Counted from the first letter of the stretch, positions 8,639-17,470 are shown. The stretch: 64,000 nucleotides of DNA from Candidatus Chisholmbacteria bacterium RIFCSPHIGHO2_01_FULL_52_32 (GCA_001816585.1 MHCJ01000003.1:714681-778680), one strand, 5' to 3'. A program made the numbers and translations. Notes: generated from the letters alone by a model not told the origin.

Positions 8639-9241
8639 CTATCCTTGGCCAACGAGCTCATCCTCGTTTCCGACAATCATGATTCTTGACCCGCCCAAAA
8701 TGCCCAAGAGGAAGGGATCGCGACGACTACGACGGAATTCAAATTCTTCCGTAGTCATGGCCGTGTAGTTTATTTCCTGACCCCTTCTTGCTTCCTCCTC
8801 CCGGATGAGTGCAGCAAGTTGGGGAAGTACGACGCTCCCGACAATCAACACATCCACTTCATTTTGCTGTCTTTCCTTCCTGCGGACGAACCTCCCTGAG
8901 AACATCACCAACTTCAATTTCCCCAGCTTATTTCGGTTTTTACGGATGGCGCCACCGAGACCTGAGGTTTTTGCAACCAATTGGAGAAGTTCCTGATAAA
9001 AGGAATAGTTTTTCCGCACGAAGTAATACAATCTGTTGCCCCGAGGTTCGCTCTTTATCAAGCCCCTCCGCTGCATGCGCTCGAGTTCTCTTCGAACCGC
9101 GTTGATTTCTTCTCCCACTTTCCGGGTGAGCTCCCTGACGTAGAACATGTCTTGCGGGTCCTGGAGAAATACCTTGAGAAGTTTTGCCCTTACCCTTGAA
9201 ACCATGAAGTCAGAAAGTTTTGCCATCGGTGTTCTCCTCAA
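8639..9241 (-). CDS. winged-helix DNA-binding domain fused to a minimal-nucleotidyltransferase-like (MNT) domain
   Basis: The N-terminus is wHTH-like (YVRELTRKVGEEINAVRRELERMQRRGLI). The C-terminus reads FSGRF-x12-EVDVLIV, which fits the Pol-beta/MNT hG[GS]...[DE]h[DE]h pattern. A TACAAT -10 lies upstream at ~9325. Confidence 0.4.
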   Translation of the reverse strand: MRRTPMAKLSDFMVSRVRAKLLKVFLQDPQDMFYVRELTRKVGEEINAVRRELERMQRRGLIKSEPRGNRLYYFVRKNYSFYQELLQLVAKTSGLGGAIRKNRNKLGKLKLVMFSGRFVRRKERQQNEVDVLIVGSVVLPQLAALIREEEARRGQEINYTAMTTEEFEFRRSRRDPFLLGILGGSRIMIVGNEDELVGQG

Positions 9242-9343
9242 TGTCGGGCAGAAGCTTCGTATGGCGAGGCCGCTTGTTGACTTTATTTCCTCAATATTGC
9301 GATGCGGCTCTTATCCGATCGGTTGAAGCAAGGGTATTGTACA

Positions 9344-10516
9344 CTAATAGTCTACAGTATTTCCAGTGGGAAGAATTTCTATCCAGATTTTCCCCGGAGC
9401 GAAGGTCAGTTCCTTTCCGTTCTTGCCGGTAAAGACAGTTCTTGCCTTTCTTGATATTTTCTGCCAATTGGCTTCGGTCATCTTTCCGTCTTGGAAAACG
9501 AGGGCTTTCCCGGAACTTATTGTTTTGTACAGGATATGTTTTAACTCATCGATCGGCCCATTTTCGTTTAGGAACTGGACGATGACTACCCGACTTTTGA
9601 TTTGCTCTCCGTTGTTGAGGTCCGTGTGGGCTTGCCCATTATTGAGGCGGGCATAGTCTTTGGACTGTGAATTATATTCCCAGGTAACCGCATATTCCTC
9701 CCCGCCTTGCCAGAACTCGAAGCTTACCTTGTTTGCCTCAGGGCCTTCGGTTTCCTTCTCCTCGAGTTTCCACGATTGGAACTGATCCTGCCAGTCAATA
9801 CCTTTGAGATCTTTATTTGTCCATCCGCGACGTTTTCCTTCACCCCAAAGCTTTTCCGTGGTTGTGTACATCGTGTGTTCGGTTGCCACCGTATGGCCAA
9901 TCCGCTCGTAATCCCGCCAAAATGTGGGGTAGCCGATCGCGAATTGATTGAGGTCATTTCCGTTTCTCCCTCCCCAGCCATATTCTTGGATTTGCCCTAA
10001 GGCATTGGCCGGTCCAGGCAGATTGGCTCCTCCGACATGAACGTAGAGCGGGGTAAGCCCGTATTCGGATGCCCAATCGAGAAAGTAGGTCCTGGCACTT
10101 CGCACCGGACCGAGCATGGTATCGCGAGCGACGGCATCACAAAGATAGACTGCCAGGAAGCGGGTGATTCCACCCTCGGCGACTGCCTCATAGACGATAT
10201 CAGCCTTCGTTATCCCTGATTGCGGTCTGGCTTCCGAGTGGTTTTCAATCATCACGACCAAAGGGCGGCGGGTCTCCCAGGCTTTCTTCTCGGTTTTGGT
10301 GTAGAGCTTTCCGTTTAAGGGACAGCTTTCCGTCTTTGGCTCTCCGGGATCGATGGCGAGACCGCCTCCTTCTCCCGGCAGAGGGTTCGCAAATTCAGAC
10401 TGAGGCTCGGTCCGCAAAAAATTAAACGCCGCGAAGGCAATACCGGTTGTTAAAAGGTATAACCCCAGACCAGCAACGAGAAGGAAAAGTTTCGGTCGAA
10501 GAGCGGCAGGAAGCAT
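9344..10516 (-). CDS. DUF3048 (YerB-like) secreted or lipoprotein
   Basis: N-terminal signal/TM segment followed by RPLVVMIENHSEARPQSGITKADIVYEAVAEGGITRFLAVY, the DUF3048 signature. Confidence 0.7.
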   Translation of the reverse strand: MLPAALRPKLFLLVAGLGLYLLTTGIAFAAFNFLRTEPQSEFANPLPGEGGGLAIDPGEPKTESCPLNGKLYTKTEKKAWETRRPLVVMIENHSEARPQSGITKADIVYEAVAEGGITRFLAVYLCDAVARDTMLGPVRSARTYFLDWASEYGLTPLYVHVGGANLPGPANALGQIQEYGWGGRNGNDLNQFAIGYPTFWRDYERIGHTVATEHTMYTTTEKLWGEGKRRGWTNKDLKGIDWQDQFQSWKLEEKETEGPEANKVSFEFWQGGEEYAVTWEYNSQSKDYARLNNGQAHTDLNNGEQIKSRVVIVQFLNENGPIDELKHILYKTISSGKALVFQDGKMTEANWQKISRKARTVFTGKNGKELTFAPGKIWIEILPTGNTVDY

Positions 10517-10519
10517 ATC

Positions 10520-10680
10520 AGTTAAAAAGTGAAAAGTCCCTCCTTCGCATTTACGGCTTCAAGCAGACTGCTTATTCAGCCGTTTCCTGAGCCGAATGCT
10601 TCGGCGGGCAAGTAAAAGTTAAAAGTCAAGAAATAGAATCTCAAAGTTAATAGTCAAAAGTTCAAGGATCTTTGTTGTTG
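10520..10680 (+). repeat. A-rich octamer repeat array (GTTAAAAGT, GTGAAAAGT, GTCAAAAGT units) with an embedded GCCGAA-TGC-TTCGGC hairpin
   Basis: gttaaaaagtgaaaagtcc ... gtaaaagttaaaagtcaagaaatagaatctcaaagttaatagtcaaaagttcaagg. This is the same unit family seen at 27062-27160 and 58412-58465. Confidence 0.7.
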
Positions 10681-10687
10681 AAAAAAG

Positions 10688-11164
10688 CTACCCTTTTGCC
10701 ATTTCTTGGGCTGTTTGAATAGCCTCCTTTTCGTCCCGGGAAAGCTGTTGACCCTCGGTTTTACCTTGGGTTATGGCTTTGGCGTAGACGCGTGTCTGAT
10801 CACGACTATGGAGTGAGCTTATCACAATCCCGTTATCGTGTCCATCAAGAAGTGCAAGACAGAAGCTCTGATTTCCTCCTGTATCCGAAAATGGATTGAA
10901 CCTGATAAATCCTACTTTCTTGAGATCAAACTTTTCCTCCTCTTCAAGGGATTTCAGCCACTGCCTAAGCTCTTTGGTTTCCCGTTTATTTTCTTTCAAT
11001 TGGGAGAGGAGGTGTTCCAAGATTTCGCGCAGTTCCTGCTTCTTTACCCCCCCCGCGAGTCGGTTGTAGTGGCGTATGTTTTGCCACAAAAGTATGGAGA
11101 CTATCAGTAACCACAAAACGAGGAATGTGAAGAGGAAGTTAAGGAGTGTTGGGTTATTTACCAT
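10688..11164 (-). CDS. DUF4446-like protein (N-terminal TM, coiled coil, FIRFNPFSDTGGNQSF motif)
   Basis: 158 aa. The domain layout and the conserved RFNPF..GG..SF segment are what I recall of DUF4446, so the family assignment is from memory. Confidence 0.45.
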   Translation of the reverse strand: MVNNPTLLNFLFTFLVLWLLIVSILLWQNIRHYNRLAGGVKKQELREILEHLLSQLKENKRETKELRQWLKSLEEEEKFDLKKVGFIRFNPFSDTGGNQSFCLALLDGHDNGIVISSLHSRDQTRVYAKAITQGKTEGQQLSRDEKEAIQTAQEMAKG

Positions 11165-11290
11165 CGGTACTTTAAGGGGGTGTTTTTTTCTTTTTTCTTC
11201 CCCTATTATAGCGCAGCGGTTCCCCAGGTGTCATTGCACGGGTTTCCTTAGCCATGTCTTTCTTCTTTCCGTGATACAATAGGGATTGCA

Positions 11291-11578
11291 ATGGCAGGCA
11301 GACGAACGAAAAAGGATAAGATTATCGCGCAATTGAGGCGACAGGTTCAGCACACCGAGCCTCCTTCGGAGGCAGAGTATTCTCTGCCCGGTGTTTCTCA
11401 GAAGGTTTCCCCTCCGCTTGTTTCGCCATCCCTTCCCGTTTCATCGGGTGTCTCCGGTGATTTTTTGTCACTTTTTTCTTATGACCCGGCCTTTATCCGA
11501 AAAGACCTTGTCCGCACTTCAATCCTAACACTCCTCGCTTTTTCAACAGAATTTGGGCTTTATTTTTGGTTACGGTAA
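11291..11578 (+). CDS. hypothetical small protein with C-terminal TM segment
   Basis: 95 aa with a basic N-terminus, a Pro/Ser-rich middle and a hydrophobic C-terminus. A TGATACAAT extended -10 lies 12 nt upstream of the ATG. Confidence 0.4.
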   Translation: MAGRRTKKDKIIAQLRRQVQHTEPPSEAEYSLPGVSQKVSPPLVSPSLPVSSGVSGDFLSLFSYDPAFIRKDLVRTSILTLLAFSTEFGLYFWLR

Positions 11579-11597
11579 TTGTTCGTTTGGAAACGCC

Positions 11598-11762
11598 ATG
11601 ACATTTTATTGCGTTCAGTGCAAAGCCGAGCGGGAAGTTGAAACCTTTGAGGAATTCCGTACGAAACACAATCTCCGGATGGCAAAGGCTACCTGCCCGG
11701 TGTGCGGGTTTCCCCTGTACCGTAAACTCGATACCCAGCCGGAACAGGAAAAGAAAGCGTAA
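11598..11762 (+). CDS. zinc-ribbon small protein (CxxC...CxxC)
   Basis: MTFYCVQCKAEREVETFEEFRTKHNLRMAKATCPVCGFPLYRK. The internal Met of track ORF 11553..11762 is the likely start. Confidence 0.45.
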   Translation: MTFYCVQCKAEREVETFEEFRTKHNLRMAKATCPVCGFPLYRKLDTQPEQEKKA

Positions 11763-11791
11763 GGCCCTCGAGCACGGCTGTTTTTTGTGCC

Positions 11792-13483
11792 TTGAAACTT
11801 CATATCCTATCTGGTACCTTCCATACGCATATGCGTTCAACTTTACCCCAGCACCAGACCAGTCTGACTGGTCGGGGCGGGGTTTCGCCTCATATAATTG
11901 ATAAGAAGCCACGGGCATCAGCCCGTGGAGGCTTACATATCACCAGTCTTGACTCCATTCGTCCACTGGTGGCCCAGGCCCCCAGTGAAGCAAAACGGAA
12001 GCGCTCGATTAAGTACGTTGATGTTCGAGTTCAAATCACTGAAGGGGTCGGTAGCTGGTCGGAAGACGGGGCCCCAAAAGCATCGAGCCAGGACTGGGGA
12101 TTTTCGTTGGGTGTCCGTGTGATTGCCGCCAAGGGTATTGCCGCTTCCGGGTATTACGGACGTCTTTTAGGTGTTTCCGACTTTTTGCACTTTCCCCAAG
12201 TTCTTTTATCCGCCATTGACGCGGCATCCCAGCGTGCATTGGCAAATTCCCTGCACAAAGAACGTTTCGCACAGTTGATGCCCCTCGGCCAATCGGTTAC
12301 GCCTACGGAGCTTGCCAGAATCGATATTCATCAAGCTATCGTTGAAGCAGTTTTTGCTATTGACCCGAGAAACATCACGCCGGATTTTTTTTCGAATTTT
12401 GTCTGTGAAGCCGGCTTGAGGGCCAAACGTTCTCATCCCTCCATCAAAAAGGTTGAAGTTTCCGCTTCTAGTGTTATTTCCCGTCAGCTCTTTTCTTCCT
12501 CGGAAGGTGCTTTTATTGACCAATCCTCCTGTTCTACCGGTGGTACGGTTTTCGTTTTGGCACAAAACGCTTCCGGGAACAGACCGGTTGATCTCTACCA
12601 CCATACGGGGAATCAACTTGGTTTTGAGGCGCTGTCTTTGGGAAAAAACGCCCACAAAATGACCTTGAGTCAGTTTGCCCGCCAGATAGCCGACGAGGCG
12701 AACACGCTTTCCGAGGCCAAGCCGGCTCCGAGCAAAGATAAACCGGTGGTTGTGGTTCTCGATCCGGATTTGGTGGCTCTGTTTGCCCATGAGATCATCG
12801 GACACCCAGCGGAGCTTGACCGTGCAATCAAGATGGAGACCGGCTATGCCGGTCGTTCGTGGTTTTTCACAGACCTTCAGAAAAGCATGGTCGGGAAAAA
12901 GATCGGCTCTCCGCTTTTGACGGCTTTTTCGGATCCGACCTTGCGCGGGGGATACGGGCACTATCTCTACGATGATGAGGGAACTCCCGCCAAGCGTGTC
13001 TATCACATTAACAAAGGCATCTTCCAAGATTTCTTAAATAGTCGGCAGACTGCGGCGATTGTGGGTGCGGCCCCAAACGGACATTACAAAGCCAATGATG
13101 CTTCCGTCGTTCCCCTCATCCGGATGTCCGTCTCAGCGATTGCTCCGGGAAAAAGCAATCCAGCCTCGATTATTTCCGATGTGGAGCATGGCTACTACTG
13201 CGTCGGTCACCGTATCCCTTCTATCTCGGAATCCCGGGAGAATTTTCAGATCGCCCCCCGACTCATTTACGAAATTCGCCACGGTCGGTTGGGACGGGTT
13301 TTTCGCGACGGGCGGGTGACCGCCAATTCCAAGGATTTCTTCAACTCCATCGATGCCGTCGGATCGGATTTCACCATTTTTCCCATTCCAAACTGCGGCA
13401 AAGGCCAACCCATGCAAGCCAAACAGGTCGGTAACGGCGGCCCGACTATCCGAGCACAAGCAATGATCGCCCGAGGAGTGTGA
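11792..13483 (+). CDS. tldD: TldD-family metallopeptidase; the N-terminus is uncertain and the true start is probably downstream of the track start
   Basis: HEIIGHPAELD is the HExxxH motif and a TldD/PmbA fold is evident. The track start is a TTG and about 60 extra N-terminal aa overlap the hairpin CCACGGGC-ATCA-GCCCGTGG at ~11908-11927. Confidence 0.75.
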   Translation: MKLHILSGTFHTHMRSTLPQHQTSLTGRGGVSPHIIDKKPRASARGGLHITSLDSIRPLVAQAPSEAKRKRSIKYVDVRVQITEGVGSWSEDGAPKASSQDWGFSLGVRVIAAKGIAASGYYGRLLGVSDFLHFPQVLLSAIDAASQRALANSLHKERFAQLMPLGQSVTPTELARIDIHQAIVEAVFAIDPRNITPDFFSNFVCEAGLRAKRSHPSIKKVEVSASSVISRQLFSSSEGAFIDQSSCSTGGTVFVLAQNASGNRPVDLYHHTGNQLGFEALSLGKNAHKMTLSQFARQIADEANTLSEAKPAPSKDKPVVVVLDPDLVALFAHEIIGHPAELDRAIKMETGYAGRSWFFTDLQKSMVGKKIGSPLLTAFSDPTLRGGYGHYLYDDEGTPAKRVYHINKGIFQDFLNSRQTAAIVGAAPNGHYKANDASVVPLIRMSVSAIAPGKSNPASIISDVEHGYYCVGHRIPSISESRENFQIAPRLIYEIRHGRLGRVFRDGRVTANSKDFFNSIDAVGSDFTIFPIPNCGKGQPMQAKQVGNGGPTIRAQAMIARGV

Positions 13484-13486
13484 TAA

Positions 13487-15040
13487 ATGAAAAGCATTAC
13501 CCACCTAACACGCACCGTCAAACAGGGTCTTTCGATCCTTAAAGCCGATTCCAAGGTTACTCAAGGCCTCGTCTATGCGTCTGAAAACAGGCGGACCGTT
13601 GGGAGACTCGTCTATACCTCCCATATTCCGTGCAATGGGCTTGAGGAGCTGAAGTCCGACGAGGACTTGGGGGTCTGTGTTGAAGTGTGGTTTCGGAAAG
13701 GGGGAAAGCAGTTGGTCGGGATGGGACATGAGTCAAGCGAACTCTCTCCTGATGCCGTCAGGCAGGCTTTGAAAAAAGCCAAACGGGATGCCGTTCCCGA
13801 TCCGGATTTTCATGGCTTATACCAACCGGAAAAGGGTTATGCTCAAGGCAGGCGGCGGTTAAGCTTTCACGACCGACGACTCTTCTCCCTTTCCGATCGG
13901 GCGGAGGCAAAATTTCTTTCCCGGGCTGCCTGGGAAACGATCAGGGGAACGGTCCATGGGATTGCCCCCTACGCCAGAAAACACCGTCTGTCTCCAAAAC
14001 AGCTGGCGTTTATTCTGAATGGAGACCACTTCATCGTCCGGGAGTCCATGGCCCTGGCTTCAACTAACGGGGTTGTCGATTCCGAATGTTCCACCATTGT
14101 CCTATCGTTTCTGACCGCAATGCTCGAGAAGGAACGATCCAAAGGCTCTGCTTGGTCCGCCCGCTCTTCTTTGTCTGGGTTTTCCCCTTACGTCCTCGGC
14201 AAGCAGGCCGCACGCTCAGCCATCCAAGGTGTCGGAGGGCTGCGTGTGGGAGGGGGAACGTACCCGGTCGTTTTCGGTCCACAGGCAGTAGCCGAGCTGT
14301 TCGGCGGTTTATTGCTTTCACACTTCACTCTGAGTTTGATTGATTTCGGAGCGTCTCTGTTTGCCGGACAGTACGGGAAACCGGTCGCTTCCCCTCTGCT
14401 TTCCCTGTCTGATGACCCGACCATCCGGGGAGGCGCAGGAAGTAAACGGGTAAGCTGTGAAGGCGCGCCAACGGCAAGAAAGGTGCTTTTAAACAAGGGG
14501 GTTCTGACCGGCTATCTGTCTGACTCCCGAACGACCAATAAGATGCTTGGGAGAGTGACGGAGGCAACTGCGAAACTGGGTGTTAGCCCGACAACCATTG
14601 CCCGAGCGATACGGCCTTCAAATGGCTTTCGGTTCTCCGACGGCGGCGGCCGGGCCGCCAGCAGCCCGGTAGGGACCCATGCGACAAACCTTGTCATTGA
14701 CAGCCCAACGCCTTTGTCTATGGAGCGACTGCTGCGCAAAGTCCAAAACGGTCTCTACATCGGACGACTTTGGTATACCTACCCCGTCGGAGGCTATGCA
14801 ACCGGTATTATTTCGGGGACGGCAGTTGCGGATTCCTACCTCATTCGGAACGGAAAGCTCGCTTCGCCCATCCTTCCCAACACGCTCCGCCTGGAAGACA
14901 ATTTAGCGAGAATGGTCCGCGACATCATTGGTGTCGGCAAAGCGAAGGTACCCACCATCCTTTGGGCCTCCGATGAAATTACCTATGCGCCATGTGTGGC
15001 TGTTGACGGTGTGCGTTTCGTTTCAATCGGGCAAGAATAG
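13487..15040 (+). CDS. pmbA: TldE/PmbA-family metallopeptidase partner
   Basis: 517 aa, TldD/PmbA family. The ATG lies 3 nt after the tldD stop, with a GGAG Shine-Dalgarno. Confidence 0.75.
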   Translation: MKSITHLTRTVKQGLSILKADSKVTQGLVYASENRRTVGRLVYTSHIPCNGLEELKSDEDLGVCVEVWFRKGGKQLVGMGHESSELSPDAVRQALKKAKRDAVPDPDFHGLYQPEKGYAQGRRRLSFHDRRLFSLSDRAEAKFLSRAAWETIRGTVHGIAPYARKHRLSPKQLAFILNGDHFIVRESMALASTNGVVDSECSTIVLSFLTAMLEKERSKGSAWSARSSLSGFSPYVLGKQAARSAIQGVGGLRVGGGTYPVVFGPQAVAELFGGLLLSHFTLSLIDFGASLFAGQYGKPVASPLLSLSDDPTIRGGAGSKRVSCEGAPTARKVLLNKGVLTGYLSDSRTTNKMLGRVTEATAKLGVSPTTIARAIRPSNGFRFSDGGGRAASSPVGTHATNLVIDSPTPLSMERLLRKVQNGLYIGRLWYTYPVGGYATGIISGTAVADSYLIRNGKLASPILPNTLRLEDNLARMVRDIIGVGKAKVPTILWASDEITYAPCVAVDGVRFVSIGQE

Positions 15041-15316
15041 CGGTTACCCTCACACCCTCCGTATTTCTCCTTCTTCTTTCATACCTTCGGTTTGTTTTTC
15101 GTTTTTATGGTTGTCGTTTGATTGTGCGTGAAGATATTTGATCGGTTCGGATCGTGTTTGTCTATTTCGTATTAATCCTGTAGCTTCGCGAACTTTTCCT
15201 GCTACTTTTACCTACTGAATTTTTCCCCTTACGCGACGCGGTTTGTCCTACTCTAAGATAGTTTGCGGCTTTAAGCTGCTGTTGACGTAATCGAGCCCAA
15301 AACATACGATTGAACC

Positions 15317-15349
15317 AAACTGCCCGGGCAGCATGGGGGCAGTTTTTTT
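15317..15349 (+). terminator. intrinsic terminator-like hairpin with T-run
   Basis: AAACTGCCC-gggcagcatgg-GGGCAGTTT followed by TTTTTTT. It is preceded by a TTGACG-17-TACGAT promoter-like element at 15282-15310. Confidence 0.5.
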
Positions 15350-15380
15350 CTGCCTCAACGCTGTCCGAACTGCCTCTTTC

Positions 15381-15427
15381 GCCCCCCTGCCCTTCCAGGG
15401 GGCGGACTCATTTTTTGTTTTTTTGTA
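15381..15427 (+). terminator. second GC-rich hairpin followed by T-rich tract
   Basis: GCCCCCCTG-cccttc-CAGGGGGC, then gactca, then ttttttgttttttt. Confidence 0.35.
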
Positions 15428-15433
15428 CAATCC

Positions 15434-15844
15434 ATGTCCAGCGAAAACGCGATCAGCGTTCCTTACCGCGAAGCTATTTCCACACGTGGAAGTTTGGTAA
15501 ATGGGCTTGCCTATTTGGCCGGAGCTTTTCTTCTCTTCGCGCCTGTTATTCCACGAGTTGCGTTATTCATGGCTGTCGTTTCTCTCGCCTACTTTTTCGT
15601 GGTTTTCTTTTCCCTTCTGGCGCGTGATGGCTGGCGTTTCGCCAGACGGCTGGCGATGGGGTTCGTCCGCAAATCGCCATTGTCTTCCCTTTCATGGAAT
15701 CCCGCGCCGGTGGCGGTGCTTTCTTCCCTGACGAGCTTGCGGAGAAAGGCTTTTACCTTGCGGAGGGCCTTGCCTCTGTGGGAGACACGATTCTTTTCCT
15801 CAAGCTCTGCCTCTCCGAACGTTTTATTTAGCTCGCTTGAATAG
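15434..15844 (+). CDS. hypothetical membrane protein ORF that overlaps, antisense, the 3' extension of rdgB
   Basis: 136 aa with a hydrophobic N-terminal half. A GTACAAT -10-like element ends 2 nt before the ATG. It conflicts with the rdgB C-terminal extension, and one of the two is probably not real. Confidence 0.2.
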   Translation: MSSENAISVPYREAISTRGSLVNGLAYLAGAFLLFAPVIPRVALFMAVVSLAYFFVVFFSLLARDGWRFARRLAMGFVRKSPLSSLSWNPAPVAVLSSLTSLRRKAFTLRRALPLWETRFFSSSSASPNVLFSSLE

Positions 15845-16344
15845 AAGATGGGATCGTAGCCAAATCCGGATGTACCTTGGGGCTTTGTCGTAATCCAGCC
15901 TTCGGTTTCTCCCTCAAAAATATATGTTCTTCCTGTCCGTGGGTCGTGGACGGCCACGGCCGTTTTGAACCGGGCTGTCCGTTTGGCGGGCGGGACGCCT
16001 TGTAGCAATTCAAGGACGCGTGTGTACCGCAATTCATCGGGGCCTTCAACGAATCTGGCACTCTGAATACCCGGTTTCCCTCCCAGGGCATCTACCTCAA
16101 GGCCCGAATCATCGGCAAGGGTAAGAAGGTCCGTTTGTTTTGCCAAGGTCTCCGCTTTGATTGCGGCGTTCTCGGCAAAGGTTGTCCCGGTTTCCTCTAT
16201 CACTCCGGAGGGGCGTATACCACTTACCTCATCGATGGTCGTCAGTTCAAAATGAAGACCGGAAAGGATACTTTTTATCTCCCGTATCTTTCCAAAGTTT
16301 CTGGTTGAAAGGAGGAGTTTACGCATCGGCCGGGGAGACATCAT
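15589..16344 (-). CDS. rdgB: dITP/XTP pyrophosphatase (Ham1/RdgB) with ~50-aa basic C-terminal extension
   Basis: FGYDPIF and the SHRGKA end are typical of RdgB at ~200 aa. The ORF then continues with RKLVREESTATGAGFHEREDNGDLRTNPIASRLAKRQPSRARREKKTTKK. Confidence 0.8.
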   Translation of the reverse strand: MMSPRPMRKLLLSTRNFGKIREIKSILSGLHFELTTIDEVSGIRPSGVIEETGTTFAENAAIKAETLAKQTDLLTLADDSGLEVDALGGKPGIQSARFVEGPDELRYTRVLELLQGVPPAKRTARFKTAVAVHDPRTGRTYIFEGETEGWITTKPQGTSGFGYDPIFYSSELNKTFGEAELEEKNRVSHRGKALRKVKAFLRKLVREESTATGAGFHEREDNGDLRTNPIASRLAKRQPSRARREKKTTKK

Positions 16345-16769
16345 TGATTTGAGGATGCTGGTTGGGATGCTTCGGATGCTTCTTCGTCAAGCATACTGCC
16401 GAAGCTGCCTGATGGCGAGGATTCTGCTGAAGGAGAAGCTCCTTCATCTTGGTTGTCTTCTTCCGGTTCCAAGGAAACGGTTGGTTGGATAGTCACCATC
16501 GGTGCATTTTGGCTTTCTTCCGCTCCCTTCATGCCTCTTTGGGTCAGTTTGCCGATGGCGACAGCCAAGCCGATGCCGCCGGCGATAGTGAAGATGACCG
16601 TAAGGAGTGCCACCAGGAATGAAGGATGCGGTTTCGGAAGCGATGGGAAGGCGGCTCTGGTTTTACCCCCTTTTGGCGGGATTTTCGGCTGATCGTTCGG
16701 TGCCGGAGGAGGAGGCGTGGCTTGGGGTGTTACAGGCCCGGGCTGGGGAGGGTTGTTTTGCTCTGCCAT
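16341..16769 (-). CDS. proline-rich single-pass membrane protein, hypothetical
   Basis: 142 aa with a PQPGPVTPQATPPPPAP N-terminus, one TM helix and an acidic S/E-rich tail. It overlaps the rdgB start by 4 nt. Confidence 0.45.
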   Translation of the reverse strand: MAEQNNPPQPGPVTPQATPPPPAPNDQPKIPPKGGKTRAAFPSLPKPHPSFLVALLTVIFTIAGGIGLAVAIGKLTQRGMKGAEESQNAPMVTIQPTVSLEPEEDNQDEGASPSAESSPSGSFGSMLDEEASEASQPASSNQ

Positions 16770-16812
16770 AGTTCTACGATATCACGTTGGTCTCTCTTGA
16801 TACAATACCGAT

Positions 16813-17442
16813 ATGGAAATCTCCTTTGTCCTGACAACCCTTGACCGCATTTACCCCGAGCTTCCACTCCACAGGCTGGCAACAACCCCATTTCGTACGC
16901 TTATCGCAACCATGCTTTCTCAACGGGCACGGGATGAGCAGATTATTCCGGTGGCAAAGCGGCTGTTTACGGCGGCTGAGACTCCGAAAGCGTTCCTTTC
17001 CCTTTCCGACCGAAAGCTTCAGATAATCATCAGACCGGCGGGGAAATATCGGCAAAATGCCAAACGCATCAAGGAGATTTGCAGGATTCTTCTTGAGAAG
17101 TACGGGGGTGAGGTTCCTGACAGCGAAGAGGCATTGCTTTCACTACCCGGCGTTGGGCGGAAGACTGCGAATATTGTCCTTTCCCATTCGTTTGGGCGCG
17201 ATGCGATCGCGGTTGATATCCATGTCCACAGAATTACGAATCGTCTCGGGTGGGTGCGGACGAAGACTCCCGAAGAAACCGAGCGGGCCCTTCAGAAAAT
17301 TATCCCGAAGCGGTATTGGCGAATGGTCAACCGGGTGTTCGTCCGGCACGGACAAACCATTTGTACCCCCCAATCGCCCTTTTGTTTGCGATGTCCGGTT
17401 TTCCGATCCTGCCGACGGGTTGGGGTGAGGAAACAGCGGTAA
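16813..17442 (+). CDS. nth: endonuclease III (HhH-GPD, 4Fe-4S)
   Basis: LPGVGRKTANIVL helix-hairpin-helix and a C-x6-C-x2-C-x5-C cluster at the C-terminus. A TGATACAAT extended -10 lies 6 nt upstream of the ATG, so the mRNA is probably leaderless. Confidence 0.85.
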   Translation: MEISFVLTTLDRIYPELPLHRLATTPFRTLIATMLSQRARDEQIIPVAKRLFTAAETPKAFLSLSDRKLQIIIRPAGKYRQNAKRIKEICRILLEKYGGEVPDSEEALLSLPGVGRKTANIVLSHSFGRDAIAVDIHVHRITNRLGWVRTKTPEETERALQKIIPKRYWRMVNRVFVRHGQTICTPQSPFCLRCPVFRSCRRVGVRKQR

Positions 17443-17470
17443 TCAAGGAAGAACTCGCATAACGTCCGAT

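Noticed and set aside
15248-15430. Minus-strand 60-aa ORF in the pmbA-rdgB spacer
   Set aside because: It spans the two terminator hairpins and the A-run and has a Lys/Ala-rich low-complexity sequence. It is more likely non-coding.
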